A stretch of 64,000 nt of DNA from Trichoplax sp. H2 (Eukaryota): contig NOWV01000001.1 in NCBI GenBank assembly GCA_003344405.1, positions 1,302,001-1,366,000 of the forward strand, in the 5' to 3' direction. Shown piece by piece: positions 37,233 through 49,961 of the stretch; the first letter of the stretch is position 1, and the number at the start of each line of letters is the position of its first letter. The position numbers and the translations under genes were made by a program. The notes under the pieces are model-generated. The model saw only the letters and a program-made list of their open reading frames with translations, did no database searches and was not told the origin of the DNA.

Positions 37233-40200
37233 CTTGATATCAATGCAACAAGATACATAACAAAAGCCAGTTAAACTTGCTAATCAACAGGTTTGCATTC
37301 ACTTTTTACTCATAAATTACATTATTTACGGTCAGTACATGCACTGCATTGCACGTTATAAATCGGTCATCACATTTTTATACTATATTTCTAGTCTAAT
37401 CATATCACGTTGGTAACCATAAGGTAGAAAGAAAAACAAGTTACCAATTATCGATCTGCACACAGTATGTTAAATCTCTTCTACAAATGAACCAAATATC
37501 TACAAACGTAGTTGCTCAATTAGCACAGACTTTGAAGTATAGCACTATATATTGCAGTAGAATAAAGCTTTCCATCTGTAGCATCATATTGATATATTTT
37601 ATCCCCATCGACCCTCTCTCTTCATTCAAACGTATAAAAAATTTTTAAAAATTGAAAAACTCCATAGGCATTTTTGCAAAACGACATTGAATTACTGTAT
37701 GAAATAACACGTGCTTTGATTTTATCTACTCTCTATAAAGCTATCAAGTACAGTATATGCATTCTAGTTCAGTTTATTTAACTATAGCGGTCAAGTTTCC
37801 TGTTACTATCATGGGAAGTAAAAGAAGACCAAGTTTATCGAATGAAAGGAGTGGTACTGTACATTAATTGTACGCAACTATGTTCTTGTATAGCTGACAA
37901 TAATCAAGTTAAATTGGTTATAAAATTTTAAACATTAGCAAATAGAACTCTACTCTTGTGAGGAACGTTTAAATCTCTTCTACATAAGTCATAACAAGTA
38001 ATGAAAGTTATTAATTGCATACGCATATATCGTATAGAATCTATGAAGTTCTACAGTATGTTTAAACTTTAAACTTCACATGGCCAAATGTAGGTGAATA
38101 TCGACTAGCTATCCGAAAAAAGATCACTTCTACTAGCCGATTGATATCGAATACACCATGTAGTACGTGTATCATCGTAGAGTAATGATCAAATTTGTAT
38201 CATCGTTAGGATGCCATGAACGTCATCGTTTAAGTTCAATTAAGGCCACTTTAGAGTGACTGATGTAGCATTATAGCATGTTTCATCGATATTAAGTGTG
38301 GTAATTTTGACATTAGCAGGCGATTCTTATGATGATAGATTGGAATAGATGCTTATTTTCACTTTTTTCACGATGATATTTTACTTTTTACTTGTTTTCA
38401 AGCAATGGAAGTTAACAAAATATTAATCTTACTCATAATCTCTACTTACTTGTAATAGAGTAAATATACGTATATCAATTTTCAGCACTTATTCGGTCTC
38501 ACTAGGCAGTCCTCAATTCCCTTTTGTTTGTCTCCTTCAAATCTCATTCTGACTTGGCCATTTCGCCGTTCTTATGACATTTATACAAGTTGTTTGAAGA
38601 TTGCTTTATCCAATTCTAGTTGTAAATGATATTATCTGAATAGATATAGTGAATAGAAAGAGGGTGGAGCCGGCTACTAGAAATTATAAGAAAAATGGTT
38701 GTCATTCATGTATTGCAGTAAACTTGGAGTCAAGCTCAGAAGTTAGTATGTGCATAGACTATCGAACCTCGTTAGTTGCCTCTAGTACCTGGCTAACTAT
38801 AAGTTGAGTGTATTTATTAGGCGCCTAATTAATAGCATAATACTGTACTAAGGGCTTCCTATTTTTATTGGTAATCCTTTACAATACATTACATTGCCGT
38901 AGCCTCTGGCGTTTACTAACGTATTGTATTTCAAATACTACGTGAAAAGCTTGTAGTATGTGTGTATAGTATGTTAACATTCATCTAGTATACGCATAAT
39001 TATAATACTAGTAATTATAATATCTATATGCGAGTATATTCTGTATAGGCCATTACGCGTATTGCTTAGATTTCAGACATTGGCCGTAATATATATACAT
39101 AAACATATATGTATATACAGTAATAATGATACTTTATACGTGTATAAGGCGTAAAGCTAACTATAATCAATTAGCAAATAAAATAAAATCAACGAGCTAC
39201 AATCTTTATTCTAAATGATGTTAATTTTCCGTTATTTTTAGGCGTCTCCCTGTCTGCAACCAAAGGGTTTGTACTGTACTGTCCGTGAAGCAGACCTGAG
39301 AAAGGTTCGGTTCGGTTCAATATCTTTATGTTCTATGGCGTGAAGACTAACAGATGTACAGTTGTCACTTACTAACTAGAAATAATTGAGAAGCTGACTA
39401 TTTTACTAGTCGTTTTACTGTTCTGTACAACTGTTGCGTTACACCTTTTTAACCGGTTTTAAGATTGTGGCACCTGATGCAGAGCAAAAAGGATGAGTAC
39501 AGGAGCGTATGGAAACAGATGTACGGTAGGGATATAACCAGCAAATAGTGTAGTCAGTCTCCCAGTTTCCAGATAGAAAGCGGCAGTTTGCTCATTTCTT
39601 TTCTTCTCGTTTGAACTACTACAGACTCATTATACTCACTAATAGTAATGAATTATAATACAGATCTTGTTTCACAGTTAGTAAAAGAGCTGTACAGGGA
39701 CGGACGGGAACTGGCCTTTACCAGAAGGCTGATCTAGGCTGATCAATGTGATCATTTTCTAGTCATTTTATTACTCTACCATACTACTGAAACCATACGG
39801 CGCACTATGGGAAACCTACAGGGCTACGATTCAGCTTAAGACCATAGCGCTCAATTACCATTAGAGCCAGATGAGCAAAAAGATTCCAAATTTACTTCAA
39901 ATTATTCAATTTTAGAATCTTTGTAAAATATTATTTTCACCATACTCGTATGCTTGCCCACTGTATAGAGTACATTGTAAGATCGCACATGTGTGGAGTA
40001 GAATAGAGTTTAATTGACCAGCAAAATAGGCCGTCTGCTCGATTCTGGTGAAAGGCCTCTTGCCGTGCTTCTCTTTTGAGTAAGATGACTGATGTTAGTA
40101 TGGAAGGCTGTACATCACTGTTGCCATAGAGATAAGAAAACGGCTAAGCATTAATCAGTTAGTTTACTATAGACAACCTTGTCTCTACTCCGATGACAAA

Positions 40201-40418
40201 TACAAGTATACGACGTCTATCTACTGCGATTAATTGAGAAACGATTAAATTCGAATCGTGATTAGACGAAGAACTCGAAATTTCTATCGCTTGTCTGTGC
40301 AGCATTCGCTGCTAACTGTCTTTGCGTTGGATATTAATCTAGTTACACTGTAGAAACAGGAAATATCCAAGATTTAGCATCCATCTTCAATAGAAACAAC
40401 TGATCTGTAATAATCAAT

Positions 40419-42026
40419 ATGCCAGGTTAGATTAAGTCAATTATGAATAATATCATGGATATCTTGACTCATGATTAATTCTTAAGTATTAATATTGATG
40501 GCCATGCCAACTAAATTTAAAATAGAACATAAAAAGATATACTAGCCTACGGAAATTAAGATATTTTTCTTTTCTCTTCACTATCAATCTACTGCTGAAC
40601 CTGTTAATTCAAATAGGAAGTAAATTAAAGCAAGGTAATAAAGTTAACATTGATATACTCAGGCACAATATATTTGATAAGAATAACCTACATCAGTTTA
40701 GCCACCATTAAAAGTGAACATATTTTGGTATAGGTAGAATATATAAGTACGGCAAACGGTACTTTAATCGACTACGGTAGTCGTATTAGACACTGGCTGT
40801 ATATAACTATGTAGCCAAATGTTAAGATGAAGTTTCTGTCAACTTGATTCTTTTACCTGCCTCAGTATTATTAGTCCACATGAACATAGAACACGTATAA
40901 TAACTTGATCAACTATGCCCTGGCATGCATAACATAATGAAAACAAAAAATATTTTACAATTTTTAAACCCAGAGTTGATCTGTAAAACTCCGTTATATC
41001 TTTAAATTAGCATATTATAGTATTTATGTAATTGAAGTAGAATATATTTCTAAAGTTTGCAAAATATAGGACTCGCTAGTTATCGTAATATGCAGAGATT
41101 TCAGTTTCTGCTATGTTGTTTAAAGGAACCTGGAATTTTAATACCATATCTATACGATAAAGATTGCATTGATATATAGTAGAACATTTTGAATGGCTTA
41201 AAAGCAAGAAAAATGTATCGTTGTACCAGTGATAATATTATACATGTGAAACCAATAAGAGCAGTTCAGTTGTATACTTAAATACTGTTCACCAATTTTA
41301 TTCTGATCTCTATAGCTCCGCCAGTATTGAAAGGAGTCTATATATTTCCCAATGGAGATCGTTATGGTATAGTAAATATTTTAAAACGGAATGATTTTGT
41401 CTAATTTGTCTTGTCTAGTAGAAAAAATTTGTAAATGATAATCATAATTGAAATAGATGGAGAGTATGTAATGATTGATGGAAATTTACAAAGAAATGGT
41501 TATGGAACACATACTACGCCGGACGGCCATCGCTATGAAGGACAATGGATAGCAGATCGAATGTTGGGAAAAGGTATATCCTCTAATGATCGTTAAGAGT
41601 GAAACGTCTTACATATATTTAATATTAATACATATCATACGTTTTGACATGAATAAACATATAGTACAATTAAAACTGCCATGAAACTTGACTTCTAGGC
41701 TGTCTAACCCATCCATCAGGAGCATCATATGACGGTGAATTTATGGATAACAAGTTTCATGGTCGTGGAAAATATTCATGGCCAGATGGATCATATGTAA
41801 TGTGTAATTTTAACGATAATTTGTAAGTCAAGATTGTTTTATTGAGAGGCTTAATTAAGAACGCGTACTCAGTTGGCGCCCATCGAAATAATCATCTTAA
41901 TTAAATTTGTATTTAAGATTGAATGGTCAGGGAACGTATGTAGATCCTAGAGGTCAAGCTTGGGTTGGAAATTTCAATAAGCTGCAAGCAAACAATCTTA
42001 GATTCGTTTTAAATATGAAAACATAA
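40419..42026 (+). CDS. MORN2: MORN repeat protein 2; exons 40419-40425 (tentative), 40617-40634 (tentative), 41316-41366, 41457-41573, 41699-41822, 41918-42026
   Basis: YIFPNGDRYDGEY..RNGYGTH..YEGQWIADRMLGKGCLTHPSGASYDGEFMDNKFHGRGKYSWPDG..GQGTYVDPRGQAWVGNF. The C-terminal half matches the MORN2 pattern. Confidence 0.8.
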
Positions 42027-42486
42027 TATCATATTTATCTCCTAATAGCCTATCCAGTTTATTGTTCAAAACCAATTGTAATCAAATCTTCTAAATTTGA
42101 TATTGTTAAGATATAACTGTAAAACTGATGCCGATTTTTTCATTTGGTTCATTGTTAAGAACCTATCTTAATTTAGGAGGCTGTTAAAACTATACTTAGA
42201 ATACTGTACATCTACTCTGAAATAGTAATTGCCAACAAGGATTAATAGATAGAAATCATAGATAAGAACGTATTTGCAAAGGTCATTTATTTCCGTATTT
42301 TACAATTTTTTTTGAGAGCTACTTGATTATAGATAAATGTAAAAATTGCCTTCGTTACCGGATTGTTTGTAAGAGCATTAACAGTATACTATATGGAATA
42401 CATTACATTGTCCAAAGCTAACTTAAAATTAATTTAAAAGCTGTTTTGTTCCATGATATTTTAATTAAGAAAATAATGGAAACGTT

Positions 42487-44001
42487 TCATTTTCGTTTCA
42501 ATCGCAAAACATGTATATCATCGCTACGATAGACATCATCCAAGTCCTCCTGCCTAATCTCTTTTATCCTAAAATCTCTCTGCATATCCTATAAAATATA
42601 GAGATAATAATCAACTATTTTAATAAATGAGCCCTACAAGATAAATTTGTTAGCATCAAGGTCCGTATTTAACATGTCCTTACATATAGGAATCGGTGTA
42701 TTAAGCTCATCTTATTGCCTAAAGTTCTTTCCTCGTAACTTATTAATATTGAGGTGTCTTGACCAGCAAGTTTCTTTATAACATTTATCAATGGGTCTAA
42801 ACCCTAAAAATTTGTCCATGTCTGAGTAATGTGTTTATTAATCTCAAAATTTACGGCATGGTTATACCTTAACTACAGTTTGATTGTAATAGTCAACAAA
42901 TACAATGATTACCACATTCAAGTGGTATAGTTGTTAATATAAAATTTTTGACCCTGATTACGTTATTTGCTATAGCTTAATTTCAGCAATCCCACACGCA
43001 TGTACAAGTAGCACTACAGTATACCCAAGCAATAAGACTATTAATCAAAAAATTAGTCACCAGATTACGTTATGTTACAGCAAGTTAATTCTAGCTATAC
43101 ATAAATTTATGTAGCAGTAGTACTTACCTCCTCATAATATATAACATCTGACATGATTAAATAGTCTGGTAGGGGTAAAAGTTTGTCAATTTCATCATTC
43201 CTGTCAGTAAAATAGTATTTATTAGCATACAGAAGATTTCATGATATAATTTTGTGATTAGAGCTTTTAGTTTCTGGTTTACCATTATCAACTATTAATC
43301 ATTACACATCTAAACCTTTGCTTGTGAAATGAAAGGTTAGTTACTTCTCAGTCAATTAATGCTAAAATGGTACATTTTATGATAAGATATACTGCATAAT
43401 TAAATCAATTCAATTCAATAGCTTCATTACTGACCAAGATAGGACGGATGCTTCAATGTGTCCAGAATGTATGCTACTTTTATTATTGTCTATGTTCAAT
43501 TGCATTAATGGTAAAAATTGAGGTAAATCGGTTATAACCACGTTCGCTCTAGAGAAAATAGAACCAATTGAAGAGTAAAAAGCACGCATGATCCGAACAA
43601 GTTATGCAACTGCGATGAAAACGACGTTCGATCTCACTGTGTAGTGCAATAGTATAGCATACTCGCATGTATACTGTATATTGTCTACAAATTAGCCACT
43701 AGTTACAAAATCGAATGATGACTTGAGTAACAACTGACCCAATTATAGCAGCACAGAGTCCAACAATGCCAGTTCCAGCACCCAACTCAATAACTTTCTT
43801 CCCGTTAATATCTTCGCTACCTTTCTCGTGACCTAACTCCAAGTATTTCGCCAACACCAAGGCCGCATCCCATACCACACAACCAACGTCACCAATTTCA
43901 GCTTGATGAATTTGTAGAGTCGATGAGCAGCATTCAAGTTGTCGTATAAATGATTTACTCAAGTCCATACTGTCGGTAACGATATCCATATCTCCATCCA
44001 T
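42487..44001 (-). CDS. VCPKMT: VCP lysine methyltransferase (METTL21D); exons 44001-43739, 43548-43435, 43200-43128, 42803-42684, 42588-42487
   Basis: IHQAEIGDVGCVVWDAALVLAKYLE, motif I VIELGAGTGIVGL, VVITDL, SDVIYY, SYEERT and YRSDDIHV. Confidence 0.92.
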
Positions 44002-44319
44002 GTCTAAGAAGTTATATTATCTACAGTATCAATGGCATCCATATTAAGGTGATTAAAAGAGCTGAACTTGCGAGCATGAACGTACCTGGCTAGTACAGTA
44101 CAGCAGCAGACATTTTTAAATAAACTACATCATTTAGATCCTGATTAACTATTGCAAAAAATGTTATAACTATCCCAATAATGAAGTTACCTGCTTGTGA
44201 TGTCGAAGCTACTTGCTCTTTATCGTTGCTATCCTCTTATTCTATCGACCACCTCCATCCATGGCGTCTTTCCCTTGCAATCCTCTGCTAATCTAAACAA
44301 GCCAGTTAAATAAACTGCT

Positions 44320-44385
44320 GTGCTGTACAGTACACTGTACTGTATTGTACTGTACTGTGTACTGTATTCTACAGTACAGTACACT
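44320..44385. repeat. (TACTG/CAGTA)n tract in the VCPKMT/CAP divergent promoter
   Basis: ctgtacagtacactgtactgtattgtactgtactgtgtactgtattctacagtacagtacac. Confidence 0.85.
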
Positions 44386-44949
44386 TCGTCAGGGATTACT
44401 ACTATAGAGAGATGAAATCTGTCCTACTGTAGTATATATACAGTATGTAGCCCCTGGCCCTGACTGCGTACTACAATATACTAGCTGGAATCGTTGTAGC
44501 CAGTCCTGTGCGGACTGAGCAATACCGTCTTGAAAAATTGATTTTGTTGGAATGGGGGGGATATTGGACGTCATATTTGGTCATCTAAAATCGAGTCATG
44601 AACCACTAGAAGAAGGCCTAGGACTTCGAGTACTCTTCCCGTTGTCCTTGATAAAGTCAAAGGGATAAAGAGTCCTTTGACTGCTTTCCAAAGCTAAAAC
44701 AGCAACTACTGTACAAAATTCTTCATACTGGAATAGTGGATTAACAGTTCTCCAATAGGCGATACTGAACTTCGTGTGCAAAATAGCATGTCACTACTGA
44801 TATCAACTCTAGACCATTGCTGTATGATAGCGATCGTTTCATAGGTGACAGATTATTTTGCACACAAATCGTTATCGATAGTGTACCGTACCCTATGAGG
44901 TCATCGCTATACGGTACTGCAGGGTATCGGTATGGCACTGCGCAATAGC

Positions 44950-45099
44950 TGAAGGACCCCACCCTACCAACGACTTTTCTCCTTTCTTGTCCTCCCTTAC
45001 CAGGTACCATACCAGGAACGTCTTCTCTTCTGCTTGACGAGGTCTCCAAAAAAAATTTCTCAAATCATTTCCTTCTTCTACTGCTGACTATTCTGTTCG
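44950..45099 (+). other. Probable non-coding 5' exon of CAP
   Basis: Pyrimidine-rich stretch ending at a strong donor cg|gtaagt (45100). An acceptor tttag ends at 46956, just before the CAP ATG. The start coordinate is approximate. Confidence 0.45.
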
Positions 45100-46964
45100 G
45101 TAAGTTTTCATGATGCAACCATGAATTCTTTTTAACCAATATTGAATGTACGGTATCTATCTGTGGAATATTCTGAGTTCTATCATCAGTCATAGCTTGC
45201 AATACTTGCAAGATTCAATTTAGCCCTTTTCAAACCCTCGCCGTAGCTGCTCCTTTATCCATCACGTTATTATAGCATGGATGCTCGTCAATTCTATCAA
45301 AGATGAAATTTCACTCAGTGACTGCCATTTTTAGCTACTATGTCAATAAAGTGGAATGTTGATGGCCTTTGTAGGCGAATTCAATGTCAATTATACTTTC
45401 CAATAAGACGAATAGAATCGATTAAATGATACGGCCATGACACGACGCTACGGGACGCACAATAACAGGCAAATAGGACAACCACTTGCATCAGCCTTCT
45501 AAATCAGTTTCCTTAAGGCCCCTTTTATCCTTAGTTCAGATGCGCTCTGTACTTTCTGACTGTCAATGCCAGCTAGTTAATAAATCTTAACTTAGACCAC
45601 TGCAGAATGAATCCTGCTTTCCTCTGTATAACCTGTCTAATCTTACTGGATGTAGACGGTTAGAAATAGGCATTAGCTTACTAGCTTGTAACGAAAGTAG
45701 AAAAACAATTTACCCTATCACGTATACAGAAAACCATACCGTATACCGTATCCCTGTTATCACTTATTCAATTGTAAATTCTGCAGATGATGTAACGTAC
45801 AAAATTGCATTCTTCAAGGAATCGATCGGTTACTCTAGACAGCTTTCTAACTTACAGTTTCAATCCATTTTCGTATTGATCTCCTATCCTCTTTATTAGT
45901 GCAGCACAGCCACGTTCTCAAGCTTAATACAGTACTGTAGACGTAGTTCATGAGAAGAGCCTATTGATCTGTATTAGGACTGTTGGATACCATATTCTTG
46001 AATGAGTTTTTATTATCTACTTCCACTACATCGATCTTAGATACGTGTAGTGTACTTAAAATGGTAATGATGGATGTATGGATACTTTGAACAACCTCGA
46101 GTACTTATAACTAGTTCTAACTATTAACTTTATTGCACATATTTGCACAGTAATCTAAATACACGTATGTAGGTAATACGGTTATGAATACCGCATATAG
46201 ATATGCACCTTTGATCGAAAGAGGTGTCTTTGCAAGGATACAGTAATGCCTAGAATTAGACATGTGTATTAATGAAGTCAAAAATAAATTGGTTTACGTA
46301 GATAGGGATATGGGTTAACCTATCAAAGTTTTCATTTAAACAAGCATAGCGTGCAGTAGTTGTACTAATAGGATCGATTGTGAAATTGAATTATGCAAGT
46401 CAATAGCGACGGTTGTAATATAATAGCTAATATGTATCGTTTAGTCCAGCGATTCAGATGAAAGACGGACTATCCATATCGTAAAAGATGTAACTGCAGG
46501 CATGCAGGAATAATCTTGACTATTTCTTTCACTAATATCGGCATACTATGAGTAGGTAATCATCTTGGCAGCTCATCATTATAGACTACTCACTGCATGA
46601 CTATAGGCATTACGATCATCCGATTATTTCCGTAATTCCTACTGTATGATAATAATTCTTATTAACTATTGTATTATTTATAATCACTACCTATAATGTA
46701 TTTGCTTTCAGGCCGATAAATACTGTACGTGGTATTTTAACTGCGTTTACAATAAAATAATAAAATGAGATTATTAAAGACAACGTAGTCAATAAAATTC
46801 CTATCTCTGTTAGAACTAATTGTAGTAAAATAGTTAACATAGAGTGAACAAGTCTAACTTTATTTGTCAATGCTGAAGTTTAGCTTTGTTATTACATTCT
46901 CCTTTTCTCTTGAATGAGAAGATGGTATTTATTATATACTATTTTGCACTGTTTAGAATCATTC

Positions 46965-49961
46965 ATGGCCAACGATCAAAGACTTGCATCTCTTTTAGAC
47001 CGTTTGGAATCGGTTACCAATCGGTTAGAAAAAATCCCAGGGAAAGGGGGCCAACCTGCTGACGATGAAGGTAGGATACGTTGATCAATAAATTGTAATA
47101 GCATGCAGTTTATCTTGCAAATTATGATAAATTTAGTATACTTACACGGTTATAAGAGTAGATTGTATAACATGGACTAACATAACATACCCTGTCGTTA
47201 TATACTTAGGAAATACGGAAATGGTTGAAGAATTGGATAAGGTATACTGTAATGTTTTCACGGTCTGTAAATGAATATCAAACTTGAATTATGCTCCCAC
47301 ACAACTAACAGTTGGGGTATAATCCAATCGATTTAAAAATTTACTCTTTAATAGTATCTCGATAGATCATTTATGCCTATCTCAAGTTATTTAGCATATT
47401 ATAGCAATGACTAAGGCAATTGCTATGAATAGACAACATATTGTCATAATGATGCTGACCATATACAGGACTTGGTTTAACAGTCGCCTTTTCGCACCAT
47501 TAAATAGGCTCTTCAGAAAGAATTTGATACATACTATAACCTTTCAAATCAAATTGGTAATGATGTTGCAAAGCAGGTAGGTAATATGAGCTTGTATTCT
47601 AGTGAAAGTAAAGAAGTTACTCAACTAATCGATCGTCATCAAAGATTCAGTGTTAATAGATGATTCAGTATGATATTTCTTTCAATTAATATAAAGTGCC
47701 TTTACCGAAAATTCTTTACAGGCAGAATTAACCAAGAAAGCATACGAAGCTCATAGAGCTGTTGTTGTCACAGCATCAAAATGCAAGCTTCCTGAGGCGG
47801 TAAATTCGTTACTCAGTTAGGTAAAATATAGATCAGTTATAATCAATTTTGACAATATCCTTTTGTCGCGTAGGCTGCGTTACAGAATTTGCTTAAACCA
47901 TTATCGAATGCAATCAGTGAAGTTCAAGTCAGTAACCTATTGTTTCCCATATTCTAATTACTATAAAGTATGGTACAGGTGTACTTCTTGTATGTGATAT
48001 TTTGACCAACCATTCCAATATCTAGGCCTTTCGTGATAAGAATCGCGGTAGCAAGTTTTTCAATCATTTATCAGAAGTCTATGAATTTATCCTTTGTTTT
48101 GGATGGGTAACTGTGGTAAGTTGCAGTCTAATGTTATTATTATGGTCTCTTTAGTACCCATGACACATCCCATTTTAAATTGCTTTGAAATTGAATCGCG
48201 CTAATAGAGTCCTAAACCAGCAAATTACGTCAAGACTAATTATGAATCAGCTCAATTTTACCTAAACAAAGTCTTGAAAGAATTTAAAACCAGGTTAGTG
48301 TAAAGAAATTTTTTTATCTCAGTGATTACTAGAAATTTGAAATATTGTAGGATGCTATGATCTACATGTATGAATGTACTACATTTAAATTTCTAGTGAC
48401 CCGCAACAAGCAGACTGGGCTAGGTCAATTGGACGTTTTATGAATGCTTTGATAGGATATATTAACGATTATAATGCAATTGGACTTAATTGGAATGCCG
48501 AAGGCAAGGACGTTTCAGCTGTATCCGCAGGAGCTCCTGCTGCACCACCACCACCACCACCACCGGCGCCTGTAGCGGCTGACCCACCAAAGAATAGCGG
48601 TAATGAACGTGCTGCTTTAATGTCCCAGTTAAATAAGGGTGCTGACGTTACGAAAGGTAAGTTGTGCGGTTACACGTATGCATTTCTTCCGCTGTTTCAG
48701 CAGTCAATTATAAATATTTAGCGAACCCGGAGAGTTGGTATTTCTAAGTATTATTTAGTTCTCACTGTTACAGTATTCCAATTATGATATTGTATATATG
48801 ATTATTAGGTTTAAAGAAAGTTACCAATGACATGAAGACACATAAAAATCCTGCTCTACGGGCATCAGGTGTAGTCTCTAGTACCTCTACGCCTGGCAAA
48901 CCAGCTGTAAGTCCTAAGCCTGCTGCTACTAAACCTGTCGCTAAGAAGCCGCCAGTATTCCGTTTGGATGGAAAAAAATGGATTGTGGTATGATCAGTTT
49001 TCCAGAACGTAGATTGCCAAAGATTCTTGGATAATAATATTTTTAAAAGTCGTGTTAGCTAATTTCAGCTATTTAACGGTCCTACGTATTTCTTAAGGAA
49101 AATCAAGAAGGGAATCAGGATCTTGTCATTTCTGACACCAATATGAGACAAAGTGTTTACATATACAAATGCAACAACTGCGTAATCCAAGTAAAAGGAA
49201 AAGTCAATTCTATTGCAATGGGTATCGTAATGCAAAATGTTGTTTTAGTACAGTACAATAAAGATATAGTATTATACTCTTAAATCTACAGTATTACCAC
49301 TTATTACCTTTTGATACTAGTTTATGTAAGTCAAATCTATTTGTTTTTTCTTCAATTGTTTCTACGAAACGTTTGAAAAGATACGTGTAAGAAATCCGCA
49401 ATTGTATTCGATCATGTCATTTCCGTTATGGATTTCGTTAACTGCCAAAGTGTGAAAGTGCAGGTTAGACCTAGCTCAGACTATTGAGCGATTGCACAGT
49501 ACAGTACGCTACGTATATCGTAGCAACACTCAGTCTGTTTTAGGACATACGAAGATATGCAAATTTGTTTTCCTACAAGCATAATCTCATTGTCAGATAT
49601 CTTTAAGATAACAGGTGTCTCTGATAATCTATAGGTAAACGGTGCTGTTCCAACGATATCTATTGGTAATACTGATGGCATCCAGGTTTATCTTAGTAAG
49701 GAAGCAATGCAAACCACTATAATCTCTTCAAAATCATCAGAAATGAACATCTCAACTCCAACAGGGAATGATGGCGATATGGTAACGTTCATGCTTGACT
49801 TTGAACTATAGCATATAAAGATATAATATCTACTTCAGCATCGTAATACTCTCCTATTATTAATTTATTAGGTTGAAAATGCAGTCCCAGAGCAATTTAC
49901 GACCGTATGGGATGACAAGAAGAAATGCTTCGATACCTATGCATCTGAAATAACTGCGTAA
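46965..49961 (+). CDS. CAP1: Adenylyl cyclase-associated protein (CAP/Srv2); exons 46965-47070, 47210-47241, 47508-47576, 47722-47799, 47874-47927, 48026-48115, 48208-48293, 48397-48656, 48809-48987, 49098-49221, 49381-49463, 49634-49781, 49872-49961
   Basis: [32 protein letters not shown], a polyproline tract, [36 protein letters not shown] and VPEQF. Confidence 0.95.

Noticed and set aside
38450-38546. In-frame TGA (possible selenocysteine or readthrough) in a candidate SLC25 first exon
   Set aside because: The exon model is unproven, a GT donor precedes the TGA, and I recognised no SECIS element.
44389-45049. Three short minus-strand ORFs upstream of VCPKMT
   Set aside because: They overlap the promoter and the presumed CAP 5' UTR, show no homology cues, and the longest lacks an ATG start.
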